Shown piece by piece: positions 1 through 11,799 of a DNA stretch of 64,000 bases (within the stretch, counting starts at the first letter, position 1; the number at the start of each line of letters is the position of its first letter). The notes beneath the pieces were generated by a model. The model did not search any database. It was given only the letters and a program-made list of their open reading frames with translations, and was not told the DNA's origin. The stretch is from contig CM052816.1 in the NCBI GenBank assembly GCA_028534125.1, positions 7,690,001-7,754,000 on the forward strand. Direction: 5' to 3'. Both the position numbers and the translations under genes were made by a program. Origin of the DNA: Lama glama (lineage: Eukaryota).

Positions 1-205
1 CAACTATAAAGCTTATGCTTTTGAGAGGTAGAAGTTCTTTTTCAGGTCACCCATCCCCTGCTTTTCCTCCCACTTTCCATCTGTTCCTGGTCCTCCCAAG
101 TCAAGGCCCTGGATGAATTGTGGGCAAGTCAGGTCCTTAAGCTTCACCCCAGGCTCTAAGCCCTACCTACTTCCTTGCCTTTTCCAAAACCAGCCTCTGC
201 ATCTA

Positions 206-586
206 CCCCAACTCTAGCCAGCAGGACCATCCCCGTCGTGGTCAAAGCTATCATCAGGCCTGGCATGCAGCAAAAAGTGCCTGGAGAAGGGCTCCCCCTC
301 CCCCAAATGCCCAAGAAATGTGGGGACCTCATTTTTGAGTTTGAAGTGGCCTTCCCCTGAGAATCCCCCAGACATCAAATACTGCACTCAAGCAGGGTCT
401 TCTTCTATAGCTGCCCATTGTCCCCAAGGACTGACCAGGGGCCTTTCCAGGGCTCCAGGATTTCTGGATCATCCCACCACCTGTGGACCTGTGAGAGGAT
501 GGGAGGGCCCAGGGTGGACTTTTGTACTGCTTAATGTTTTCCAGAGAATGTATTACAATCTTTCAAAGTCGTGAAAAAAAAAAAAA
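206..586 (+). pseudogene. DNAJB1: 5'-truncated processed pseudogene of DNAJB1 (Hsp40 C-terminus, start of 3'UTR, poly-A)
   Basis: Translation RTIPVVVKAIIRPGMQQKVPGEGLPLPQMPKKCGDLIFEFEVAFP matches the recalled DNAJB1 C-terminus. A frameshift near 358 is followed by RIPQTS and a TAG at 408-410, then DNAJB1-like 3'UTR and an A13 tract at 574-586. Confidence 0.9.
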
Positions 587-799
587 GTGGGGACAGACAG
601 CATCGAGGCAGGGCCCCTGAAGGAAAGGGCCTGCTCTCCTGCACAGGGTCTGGTCTCTCACGGTGGCTTGTGGGTCCGGGTAGACAGGGTCAGAGAGACG
701 GCTGGAAGTCCAGGCTCATCCATGGCTATGATCTGCTTGGCCACCAGCTCAGTCAGACGGGGGGAATGATCCTTGTTCTGGGGGCTATTAGGCACTGGG

Positions 800-3150
800 A
801 AGCGTCTAGCTGGCTTTGGCATCAGGGAAACCTGTATTTATACCCTAGATCTGGCCCCTTCTTGGGCAAGGCATCTTTCCTCATTTGTAAAGTGGAGATT
901 TTGTGTGGACTCAGAGAACACATGGGAAAACATTTGGTGCCGCCCACGTGGGATATATTCCCTCCTCATTACGTGGTTGTTATTGTTGGTGGTACCAGTG
1001 ATGACCCCAAGTACCTTAGCCGTGCAGTGGGTGCTTGAACCCAGCATCCTCAAGCCCCAGAGCCTGGGGCTCTGATCCTTAGCGTCCAACTATCCCATTG
1101 CCCCCTCGAATCCCTCCCTGCCCTGCGTATCGCCACCTGGAATTCCACAACCCCTCCCAGCTCTGTGATCTCAGACAAGTCCTTGCGGTCTCTCTGGTCC
1201 TTCCTGCCCTTTCTGCACCGGGAGAAATTGGACCAGATAACCTCTAAGGGTTCCATCTGACTTGGAAAGCCTTTTGACTAGTTTCCTGCGGTCTCTCTGG
1301 GACAGCCAAGTACTTTGTGTACAAGATTCCGACCTCTGACCAGAGGTCAGCAAAGAGGAGGAATGTGGGGTTTCAGGACTCTGGGGTACCCTGAGAGGAT
1401 GTCCAGCTCTCCCACGTGCACACAGACCCCTGCTCTGCCTCTCCATTGACATATAATAGCTAAGATGAACTGAGTGCCTTGTATGGGCTAGGCTCTGCTC
1501 TAAGTGTTTTAACAGACAAAGTTATTTAATCCTCATAACAGCCCTGTAAAATACATATAAATTCCATATTAAAATGGAGGAAACTAGGGTATAGAATGGT
1601 TAGTAACCCAAGCTAGTAAGTGGTGGAGATGGAGTTCCATCTCAGACAACCTGGCTCCAGGGCCCGCACTCTCCACGTCTATCCCACACTGTACTGAGTT
1701 CAGAGAGTGAAGGGGACATGCCCAAAGTCACACAGCAATGTACACAATGATCTCCAGCCGTTAAGCCACCAGAAGAGTCATACTGAGGGCAAAAATGAGC
1801 CAAAGGGTAAAATATCTTGGCCTCTCCCTTTCTATTTCCTCCCTCCACCCCCAAATCCTGTGAGAATTTTTTTGTTTTACTAAAAGCAGAGAGACGAGGG
1901 TGCGGCCTTATGGGTTAGTGCCAGGGCTGGGCTGGCTGGGCGGGCCCCGCAGTGGTCAGCCCTCCTCAGAGCTAAGCCTGGCTGCCCGTCCCACCCTTTC
2001 AGGCAGCAGAAGCACAGTCAGAGGGGGTGGAAGTGCCCGGGCTGGAGGTGGGGGCAGGACTGGAGCAGAAAAACAGAAACGGAAAAGGGCAGGGCCAGGA
2101 TTAGGGACAAGGGATGGAGTGGAGCGGGTACAGGGAAAGACAACAACGTTTTAAATATGCACCTTCCTATACACCCTGCAGGGAGGGCCCTGTCATTACC
2201 CTGTATTACAAGGGAGGGAGCTGGGACTCAGAGGCATGGATTACCTGCCCGAAGTTATCAAGTGTGTCTACTATGAAAATGTCTCCTCTTTCCATTATAG
2301 AAGAAAAGAAAGGAGCGACAGGAGAAAGGAAAGAGGAGAGTGGGGAGAAAAGAGGAGGACACGAGGGGCGGGGGCCCGGCCCAGAGTTGTGCCTGTGTCC
2401 CAGAAGGCTCCTTGGGGGAATGTTTATGAGAAACCTCAACATTCAGAAGGAGCGTGACCTCCCAGCCTGTGTGTTCCTGCCCCATGACTGCTTCTGGCTA
2501 TAAACAGCCTGTTTATTAACCCCAGGAAACTGGGTCCTCTGCCACTTAGTTTATCTCCTGGGATGGGCAGGCTAGGAGAACAGGGGGTGTCTGGCCAAGA
2601 GTTCCCAGCCTGGGAGGAGTGGCTGCTAGGAATTTGGCAATCCTTAAGAGCTGGGCCAAGAGAAGCCACAGCCAGCATGCATTCTGTCTGCGTCCACCCC
2701 CTGCAGACTTGCTCAAGGCCGCAGGATGGGTTAATAGGCCCTGGGCGCCCTTGACCCAAGGGTCGCCACTTTAAGGGAATTAAAGCTTGACTCATCTCAC
2801 TATTTTCCTTAATGACCCCCATCATTAGATCACTGTGGTGACACCGAATGAAATCATGGCTATAAATGCACTTGGCAAATTGGAACTCCCACCTCAGCAC
2901 CTGGAAGTTGTTCCTTCGTCCAGTCCCTTCCATCCCCCAGTCTCCCTGCCCCCCATTCATTCACTCAGGACAAACTCGCATAGTGAGACCCCCACACACT
3001 CACCCACCAGCTCCTTACCACCACACGCCAAGCCTGAAATGAGGGTTATAATCGTATTGGCCTACTAGGTTGTTGGAAGGCTTTAATGAGATACTTTCTA
3101 TGAAGTTTAGCACCGTGCCTGGCCCCTCTATGGGCTCGGTGTTAGCGACA
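800..3150. repeat. Several degenerate MIR SINE fragments (~800-960, 1140-1270, 1450-1790, 2160-2270, 3030-3150)
   Basis: MIR core motifs such as 'tttcctcatttgtaaagtggag', 'ttaatcctcataacagccctgta' and 'gaggaaact'. Boundaries approximate. Confidence 0.65.
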
Positions 3151-3689
3151 CCTACGCCGGCTGTGTCTTGAGAAATTCCGTAAATGTTCTTACAAGGGAC
3201 CTGAAGAGGGAATGTTTTTGAATGGGAGACAAGAGATGAGGCAGGAATTGGCTGGGACTGGAACGAGAGGAAGTGGATTTCACTGGCAGCTTGAAGGACT
3301 GGAATGAAAACACCAAGAACGCTGGAATTTCTGGGAAAGGGAGGGCATGTGCAAACAAGAGTTGGATGAAAAGTCACAGGATATTTACAACTCAGAAAAA
3401 GAACAGAACAAACACTGCCTCATTCCAAGGCTACTGGTGGGACATGGTGACCTTTCAAGGACACAGAGGCTTGTGGCTATAATTGAAAGGTGTTGAAAAC
3501 TAGCTGAGCTCACAAGGCTCATCCTGCGGGCTGCCTCTGCAGGGCTGGGGAGTGTTGTGATCCCCCCTCCGCTTTGCACTTCCAGAAACTTCTCCCAGGG
3601 TTCCCAATGATACTGCTTTACCCGGAGCCTTGGAATATGTCCCTGTCTCTTCCATCCTCTCTTATTCCCATTGAATCTCTATACTTTTT

Positions 3690-4240
3690 TTTTTTTAACA
3701 GTTTGGAAATTTTTATCCACATAAGTAATTATGATTACATTCTTCTTACAAAATTAAAACTTGGCATCTAAGGCTAAAATCCCATTTCATCCCTTCTGCT
3801 CTTCATATTTGTCACAGCTCTTCTCCAGCATAATTAACAGTATGTTTATCCTCCCAGAATTTTCTCTGTGCACACACACCCCCACACCCACATCATGTAA
3901 AATATATGTGATGGCATTTTTTTGTTTGGCTTTTTTCCTTCTTTTTTTCGTAAGTAGTGTTGCACATTATCATTGTGCTACAACATGCTTTTCTCACCCA
4001 CTATATATGTTGGAGATCTGTCCATGTTAGCTTTTTTAAATCTACTTAATTTTTAACCACTGCACAATGTGGATGTTTTATGGTTTATTTACTCACTCCT
4101 CCTCTCAGCCTGACTTGCACTGCTACAAACAATGCTTCTGTGAACATCCTTTACACACTTTCTTGTGCACATGTGAATTTATTTTTCTACAACAGAAACC
4201 TGGTGATGGAATTACAGGTTATCAGGGTATGAACATCTTC
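3690..4240 (-). mobile_element. Old L1 (L1ME-like) 3' fragment
   Basis: Antisense L1 3' motifs 'tgctacaaacaatgcttctgtgaacatcctt' and 'ggaattacaggttatcagggtatg'. Confidence 0.6.
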
Positions 4241-4279
4241 TGTTGAATCTTAAGTAGAGATTCTCCCTGGCCAGCTCCC

Positions 4280-5520
4280 AGTCATTTCTTCTGATTCTCG
4301 GGTACCACCTCTAAATCACCAGCTTCCTTCAGAACATCTCTACCCAGCGGTCTCTCAGGTTCCTCAGTCTCGTATAAGAAAAGTGACCTTGTCTCTTCCC
4401 TCCCTGCAGCCCCTCTCCTGGGTGTACACACTCAAATTCTCCCAGTTGCCCAAACATGGAAACCATAATCATCATTCTGTCCTCTCTCCCCAGCGTCTAA
4501 TGAGATGTCAGATCTTGTGGTGTTCATCTCAATAATGTTTGCAGCTCTCATTTTTTTCTCTGGTTATCTTTTACCAGGATTATTTGAACAATCCCCTAAT
4601 AGTCTCTTTGTTCCCTCATGCAACACACCCAATTAATCGTCATAAAGCACTGGTGATGTCACTTTCTTTGGTTGGCTTCCTCCCGGAATACAAAGCACAG
4701 TAGGCTTTCATTGGCTTACTCTTCACAGACTTCTCCAGTCTGGCTCAGTTTTCTCCCTCTAGTTTTTATCTCGTCAGATCCCTCCTCTTTCACACTCCAG
4801 GCACACCGACTCCTTTGCATTCCCCAATGTGCCTGTATTTCTTGCCTCCAAAACTTTGTTTCTGTGTTTCCTCTCCTAGACGTCTCTCTGCTAGCTCTGC
4901 CCATGGGGGCTCTAGGTCCTGCCGAAGAGACATTAAGGATGTGGGTTCCAGTGTTCTGTCACAAATAGCAGTTTCTTAACTTTTCTGACCATCAATTTTC
5001 TTCCCTGTAAAAGGATAGTACACCTTCCAGGTCTATGGGGACCTTTTAATGAGATTATGCGTATAAAGCACTGAGTACAGTGCCTCCTACAGTGAATGCT
5101 AAATAGACCTTAGTGCTTATTCGCATCATTCACGCTTCTCTTCTAAAGCCATGCCCAGTCTCAGTGTCAAAGGGACTTTCCTGCCTTCCTGGGCGCTCTC
5201 TGATCTAATGGGCATTTACTTAGTCATTCAGTTACTTATGTTTGTCCTCACACCTCACACAGGGATAATGAACCCTCAGGGGTCACTTCTGCATGTCGCA
5301 TAGGATCCCCAGCACAGTGCCTGGAACGGAATGGAATGTAAAAAGAATGCTGCACTGCTGTCAACCCGGAAGTGCTGTGAAGAGAAGAGAGCCAGCTGCC
5401 TGGAGTCTCAAGACAGATTCAGCTCCACCTTGGCCCTCCCTGGTGGGTGTCTCTGTACATGTCACTTAGTCTCCCCATTCCCAGTTTCCTTATCCATCAA
5501 ATGGGGACAACAGTGCTCCC
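4280..5520 (+). repeat. L2 and MIR fragments
   Basis: L2-like pyrimidine-rich segments with a 3' end 'cagcacagtgcctgga...gaatggaatg'; MIR cores at ~4960-5130 and ~5390-5520. Confidence 0.55.
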
Positions 5521-6949
5521 CACCTCACAAGTTTGGCATGAGCTTATGTATGCCAAAGAACTTTCTAGTTTTTTTTTTTTTAATCTTAGATTGTCTTCTC
5601 ACAGTAGCCTGCTTCCCCCTTGTGGTAAAATTCAAATTGCATATTAAAATCAGTCCATATAAATAACCTAGGAGCCAGAGGTTTATCTCAGCATGATTTA
5701 TATTACTGAAAAACTGAAAACAAACCAGGCCTTCAAATAAGAGTTTGGGTAAACATAGATGCACAGAGGCGGAAATCATCGAGCCATTTGAATATAATGA
5801 AACAGATGTCTGTGGTGTAGAGCTAAGTAAAAACTTAGTTATAAACATGCACACTATGTGCCATTTTTGTAAGTGTCTATACACATATACATTAATGTTA
5901 CATTAAATGTTAATGGTGCTTATGTTGGTAGTGAAACTCAGTTGCTTTTCACCTTCTCTATAGTTGTATGTCTGAGTTTTTAACATTGAACATTATTGCA
6001 ATTAGAAATATTTAATTGTGGGGGCAATTAGCTGTGAAATAAGAAATTCCTTAGTTACCTGTTGTGACAGGCCAGTCTGAGTCAGGGAGTAGTCTGAGTC
6101 ATGCGTTCTAAAAATATTTCATGCTCCACGCAATGCACGGTAGCACATGTTGAAGTCAGCCCCAGATATGTGGACCCCACTGAGAGGCAGTGTCAACAGT
6201 CAAATGATAACAGACAAATATCTGCTCCTTGGGCCTGCTGCATGCACAGCGCCTGGGCAGGAGAAGGTGGGAATTGCAAGCCAATGGGAATAAAGCATCT
6301 GGGGCTGGCGTTCTGGGAGCCTCTCAGAAGTGGGCTGATGGGAGTTGCGCACCCACTGTTCCTGTACAGGCTGATCTGAAGTCCTGAACCCGACCTTTTG
6401 TTCCCAGCCCCTGGCAGGACCACAGCCTAGACAAAATCCTAGAACTGTCCAGGCCTAGATGGATACGAGGACTGACAAGTCTCTCCTCTAGGGCTCACAG
6501 TCTAGGCTGGAGGAGCACGGGAGTGTGAAGAGGATAAGTGTGGTAAGCATTGAAGCCCAGGGGCACCTTTGGAGCTGAGGGGACAGAAAGAACCTCCTGG
6601 GGGTCAGGGGGTTGGGAAAGTTCCTGGAGGGGGTGGCAAATGAGTTGGATGCACATTTGTTCAGTGTTTACCCAGCATTTCTCAAAGATCCAGCACTCAA
6701 GGGCCACTTAATGGATGGCAGAGCATGAAGACTATACCTTTCAAGATTTCTGCTAATTGCTACTTAAAACAAAATTTAAATTATATAAAAATAATACTCT
6801 CAGATCAATGAGAGGGACGATCCTGTTTTCAGTCTCTAACGGGAGTATGTGTATCTGGCTCCACAAGGGAAGGTCCGTTCTACTTCTGGTTGTTTTCTTT
6901 TTCTTTCTGCTATATTAGAAAGTCTGAACTTAAAACTGTAGGTCATCAG

Positions 6950-9055
6950 TCACTGTGGAAAACATTACAGTAGTTCCTCAAAAAATTAAACACAGAATTA
7001 CCATGTGATCCAGCATTCCCACTTCTAGGTATATACCTAGAAGAACTGGAAGCCAGAACTCAGTCTTGCACTTTCAACCACTGAGCTATACAACTTCCCC
7101 AGGTGTCCAGAGAGCTTTTAAAACTTGAATGACAAAAACTGATTTCCGTAGTACCAGAGGGCAACTGGTCCTAATTGACAGTTATATTCAGTGGCTCTGG
7201 GGAGAACAGCCACTTATAGAGCCATGAATATATGAGGCAAGCTTAAGTATAGCTGCTTGGTGCCTTCACTGCAAACAGAAGCTCATTCCTTGCTAAACAG
7301 GGAGTGTGATCTCAGAGTTCTAAGTCACAGACTTGTACAAGCAGCAGAGTTAGCCTGCTCTCCAGAGTTTACGACACAGTGTCCTCCTGCCCTTTCCTTC
7401 TGTCCAGAACACTGAGAAATCGAGATAATATCTGCAAGCCAGAATACAAGGCTGATTCAACATTCATAAATCAGTGTAATTCATCCTATTAACAGACTGA
7501 ATCAGAAAAAGCATGAGGTCATATCTATAGATGCACAAAATGTATTCAACAAAATTCAGCCCCTATGCGTGATAAACGATCTAGAAATTGAAGAGAACTG
7601 GTACATCAAGACACTGGAATATTATTTAGCACTAAAAAGAAATGACCTATCAAGCCATGAAAAGACACAGGCACTTGAAATGCACACAACTAAGTGAAAG
7701 AAACCAGTCTGAAAAGATTATATGATTCCAACTTATGACATTATGGAAAGGGTGAAAGTGAGGAGACAGGGGTTGCCAGGGGTTAGGGGGAGGGAAGGAT
7801 GCATTGGCAGAGCATTGAGAATTTTTAGGGCAGTAAAACTGTTCTGTGTGATACCATAACGGTGGATACATGTTATTACACATTTGTAAAAACCTGTAGA
7901 ATATACAGCATCAAGAGTAAACCATAATGTAAACTATGGACCTTGAGTGATTATGATATGTCCACGTAGGTTCATCAGTTGTAACAAATGTACCACTCTG
8001 GTAGGATATTAGTAGCAGAGAAGGCTATGTGTGTAGGGGAAGTCTGTACTTCCTGTTCAATTTTGCTGTGAACCTGAAATTGATCTAAAGAGTTGTCTAT
8101 TAAAAATAACTGGTACATCCATACAATGAAATAATGTCCAGTGACACAATAAATGAGCTATCAAGCCACACAAAAAGATGGATGATTCTTGAATGCATAT
8201 TGCTAAATAAAAAGAGCCAATCTGAAAAGGCTACATGCTGTGTGATTCCATTTATATGACATCATGGAAAAGGAAAAGCTATACAGACAGTAAAAGTGTC
8301 AGTTTTCAGGGGTTTGTTGGTGAAGGGAGAGTTGAATAAGCGAAGCACAGGTGATTTTTAGGGTGTGAAACTTCTGTGTGATGCTATAATGATGGATATA
8401 CATTATCCTATGAAATTGTCAAAGCCCATAGAACTTTACAGCACAAACTTTGGACCTATGTTCCATTTTTTAAATGTATCAATTAAAATGTAATTTATGC
8501 AGTAGGGGGACCTCAAGATGGAATTTAAACTTTGATAAAAGGATTGGACCATGCTACACATGTATGAAACAGCCTCACTGCAGGGGGTGAGAGGAAAGGG
8601 TGTTGACCTGATGAGCTTGGAAATGAGTGGAGAAATAAGACTAGAGGCAAATAAACTATACATAAACACTGTACTCTAGTTACAAAGGTTATTTTCCATG
8701 GGGCTTATAATTCTGAAGCCATTATACACATATACAGGAACTGAACAATTAAATAAATGAATGGCAGATGGTGGGAGCCCGGTTTCTCACTGTCAGAGTG
8801 AGAGGTTACCATTAAACAAGTGGGGAAGGCTAGAATGACCTACGTGACATTGGATTAGAGTTGGAGACATCAGTATGAAATCATGGTTAGCTTAATGTTC
8901 TTACCAATGGGTATATATATCCAGATATTTACAGGCATGTGTGCATACATAGATTAGTATAAACACATCTATTTCTTTGCTCTTTCAGCTGGGAGAGCCT
9001 AGAAGCTGTGAAACTCCGAAAGCAATAATAAGCACACCCAACACCCAGATCTTGG
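6950..9055 (+). mobile_element. L1 (L1MC/MD-like) ORF2-end and 3'UTR fragments
   Basis: 'cacagaattaccatgtgatccagcattcccacttctaggtatatacc', 'caagccatgaaaagacac' and 'aatgtaaactatggacctt' are typical L1M 3' regions. Confidence 0.75.
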
Positions 9056-9059
9056 TTTC

Positions 9060-10140
9060 ATTTTTGTATAACAGCTTTGTTGAGATTTAATTCAGACATA
9101 ATTCACCCACTTAAAGTATACATTTCAATGGTTTTAGTATACATATTTAGTATATTTTAATATATTATTGGTTTAACTATCACCATAATCAATTTTAGAA
9201 CATTTTCATCACCCCCAAAGAAACTCTGTCCCCATTATCAGTCACTCTCCATACCACCCCAGCCCTCCCATCCCTAGACAACCACCAATATACTTAGACT
9301 CTGGATTTGCCTAGCCTAGTAAATGGAACATTACAGCATGTGGTCCTTGTGGCTGGTTTGTTTCACTTAGCGTAGTATTTCAGGGTTCATCCCTGTTGTA
9401 ATATGTATTAGTGTGTCACTTCTCTTCATAGCCAAATAATATTCTGTTGTATGGATATGCCAGATTTTCTTTATCTATTCATCAGTTTATGGACAGTTAA
9501 GTTCTTTCCACATTTTGGCTACTATGAATAATGCTGCTATAAACATTTGTGTACAAGTTTTTGGGTGGATATATGTTTCCATTTCTCTCAGATGTATACC
9601 TAGAAGTGAATTAATCTTTTGAGGAGATGTCAGACTGTTTACTAAAGCAGTTGCACTTTTTCGCATTTCTATCAGGAAAGTAGTGTGTAAAGCTTCCAAT
9701 TTCTATACAGCCTTTCCAATAGTTTCTGTGGTCCTTCTTTTCAGTTATAGCCATCTTTGTGGATATGAGATGGTTATCTCACTGCGATCTTGATTTGCAT
9801 TTCCCTGATGGCTTATGATGTTCAGCATATTTTCATGTGCTTCTTGGTCATTTGTCTTCTTTACAAAAGTGTTTGGCCAGATCCTAGATCTATTTTTAAA
9901 CTGGGTTATTTTTCTTTTCAATTGGAGTTCTTTATGTATTCTTTATATATTCCTTATCATATATAATTTACAAAAAATTTTCTCCCTTTTTTTCATCTGT
10001 ATTTATTCACTTTCTTGATGGTGTCCTTTGAAGCACAAAATATAAAAATTTTGATAAAATCCAATTTATCTATTTTTTCATTTTGTTGCTTGTGCTTTGG
10101 GTGTCATATTTAGGTATCTATTGTCTTTGCAAAGTCATGA
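9060..10140 (-). mobile_element. L1MB-like 3' end, antisense
   Basis: 'acagctttgttgagattta', 'ttagaacattttcatcacccc' and 'ggctactatgaataatgctgctat' are antisense L1 3'UTR/ORF2-end motifs. Confidence 0.8.
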
Positions 10141-11799
10141 AGATAAACAAGGCAAGCTGTTACAGACTGGGGATTATGAGAACTTGATTTCAGAAGTAGT
10201 AGCTGTGTTAAGATAAAGTTCATATCTTGTATGTTAAATTCAAAGGCAAATTAATGAAAGTCTGAATTATGAAGAAATTTCAAGGGAAGTGATAAAGGAA
10301 GTAGCTGTGTTGATCTCCTTAACCCGCCTCAATTACCTTCAATTATCCACTTTCAGCATCTCCAAATCCTGATCCAGTAAATGCTTCTGATTCTCATGAC
10401 CAAATAATTTTCCTTTTTACCCATAGCTGCTGGTATGTCAGGGTTTCAAGTTTATTTTATGCTTTTACCAGGTAACCAAACAAGGTATTTCCACTCTTAT
10501 CCCTTTGTTCAAGTTCAAACAAACAATCTACATGGGTAAAAACTTCTAATCAGTAAATAAGGATTTTTTTTTTGTAAATAAGGATTTTGTTGTTGTTGTT
10601 AAGGTGTTAGATTATGTGAGGTTTCTCGTGGCACCCAGACCCAAAATTCTGTGATTCAGTCTCCATGGTGCTATGATTTTTAAGATTCTAAACCACTGGC
10701 GGTTTAGTTGTCAAGGCCGTTATAGGCAGCCTCACCCTGTTCTCTGGGCTCTCTTGTGTCTGGAATTTCAGACATGGTTGTCTGGTATTCGCAAGCCAAC
10801 AGACATCTTCTTAGAGAAACACAGCCCGTCTGTGGGTCTGTGTGACCTACTTGGTAAGGAGGAGACCACAAAGACCATCCTTGTGCTCCATAAGGCAGGT
10901 AAGTTCCAGTGAGAAGGAGGACAGACATAAAAAAAGTACCCTGGGTAAGGTTTTTTGTTTCTGTTTTTTCCTTGAGAAAGAGAAACAGTCATAGGCCACT
11001 AGACTCAGATGGCTTTGTGAGGAGAGCTGTAAGCATGAATGGAGTGGTCAACATGGCCTTATAAGGGACCCATCTTAGAACACAAGATGTCGACTCTTTC
11101 CAAGGGCCAAGTCTGCATGATAAAATGAATCCGTGGAAGAGGATAAGACTCAGCCGAATTTTGCCCTACGGCAGTCCAGGGCCGGAAGGAAAAGTGGTCA
11201 CCTGGGAGCCACAGCAATGGAGCTCTGGGTCTTCCATCATGGTTTTTCTTATTCAAGGGATTTTGTTGTTCTAAGAGGTGAACAGAGGGTAAGACTTGGG
11301 GCTTCAAATTGTTTCTAAAATCACTCTAACCCCAGATTCATAGCGCCCACTCTGCCACACGCTTCCCTGTCCCCTCTTCATGCGTGCATTCCATCTGCTA
11401 ACCTAACAGAAATATGCCATGGAACGCCTTTCCCCGTCACGTGTCTCCCCTAGACACCTCAGCTCACCCTTTCAACATATCCCCTTCAGAGTGTTACTCA
11501 GTCTTCACACCGTTCTTCAGACCATCTCCTCCAGGTGTCTCATGCTTTCATCTTCACACACGTAGGTCTCCCCAGTCCTGCCGACTCTGTCTCTCTCCAT
11601 TGTGCTCGGTATGTGGGCGGTGTCAGGATGCTTCACAGATATTTCCTGTTAAAGAAAAAAGGAAGAGGGCCAGCAGCCTCCTACCCTGCCTCTTTTGTTC
11701 AACTCCACAGGGCTTTCTCTGAAACTTCCAGAGAATGATTCCATTTGTTGAGGACTCCACTTATAGATTCTCCGGCATGTAGATCAAGAGTCAAGAGTT

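Noticed and set aside
571..3600. Medium-length ORFs (for example 571-1038 and 2436-2960) as genes
   Set aside because: No recognisable domains, they overlap MIR fragments, and such lengths are expected by chance in GC-richer DNA.
10140..11780. Exon-like or ERV-leader-like unique sequence (cag|acatgg...|gtaagg, and tggcacccag)
   Set aside because: Only short generic motifs; no LTR pair, coding homology or other support.
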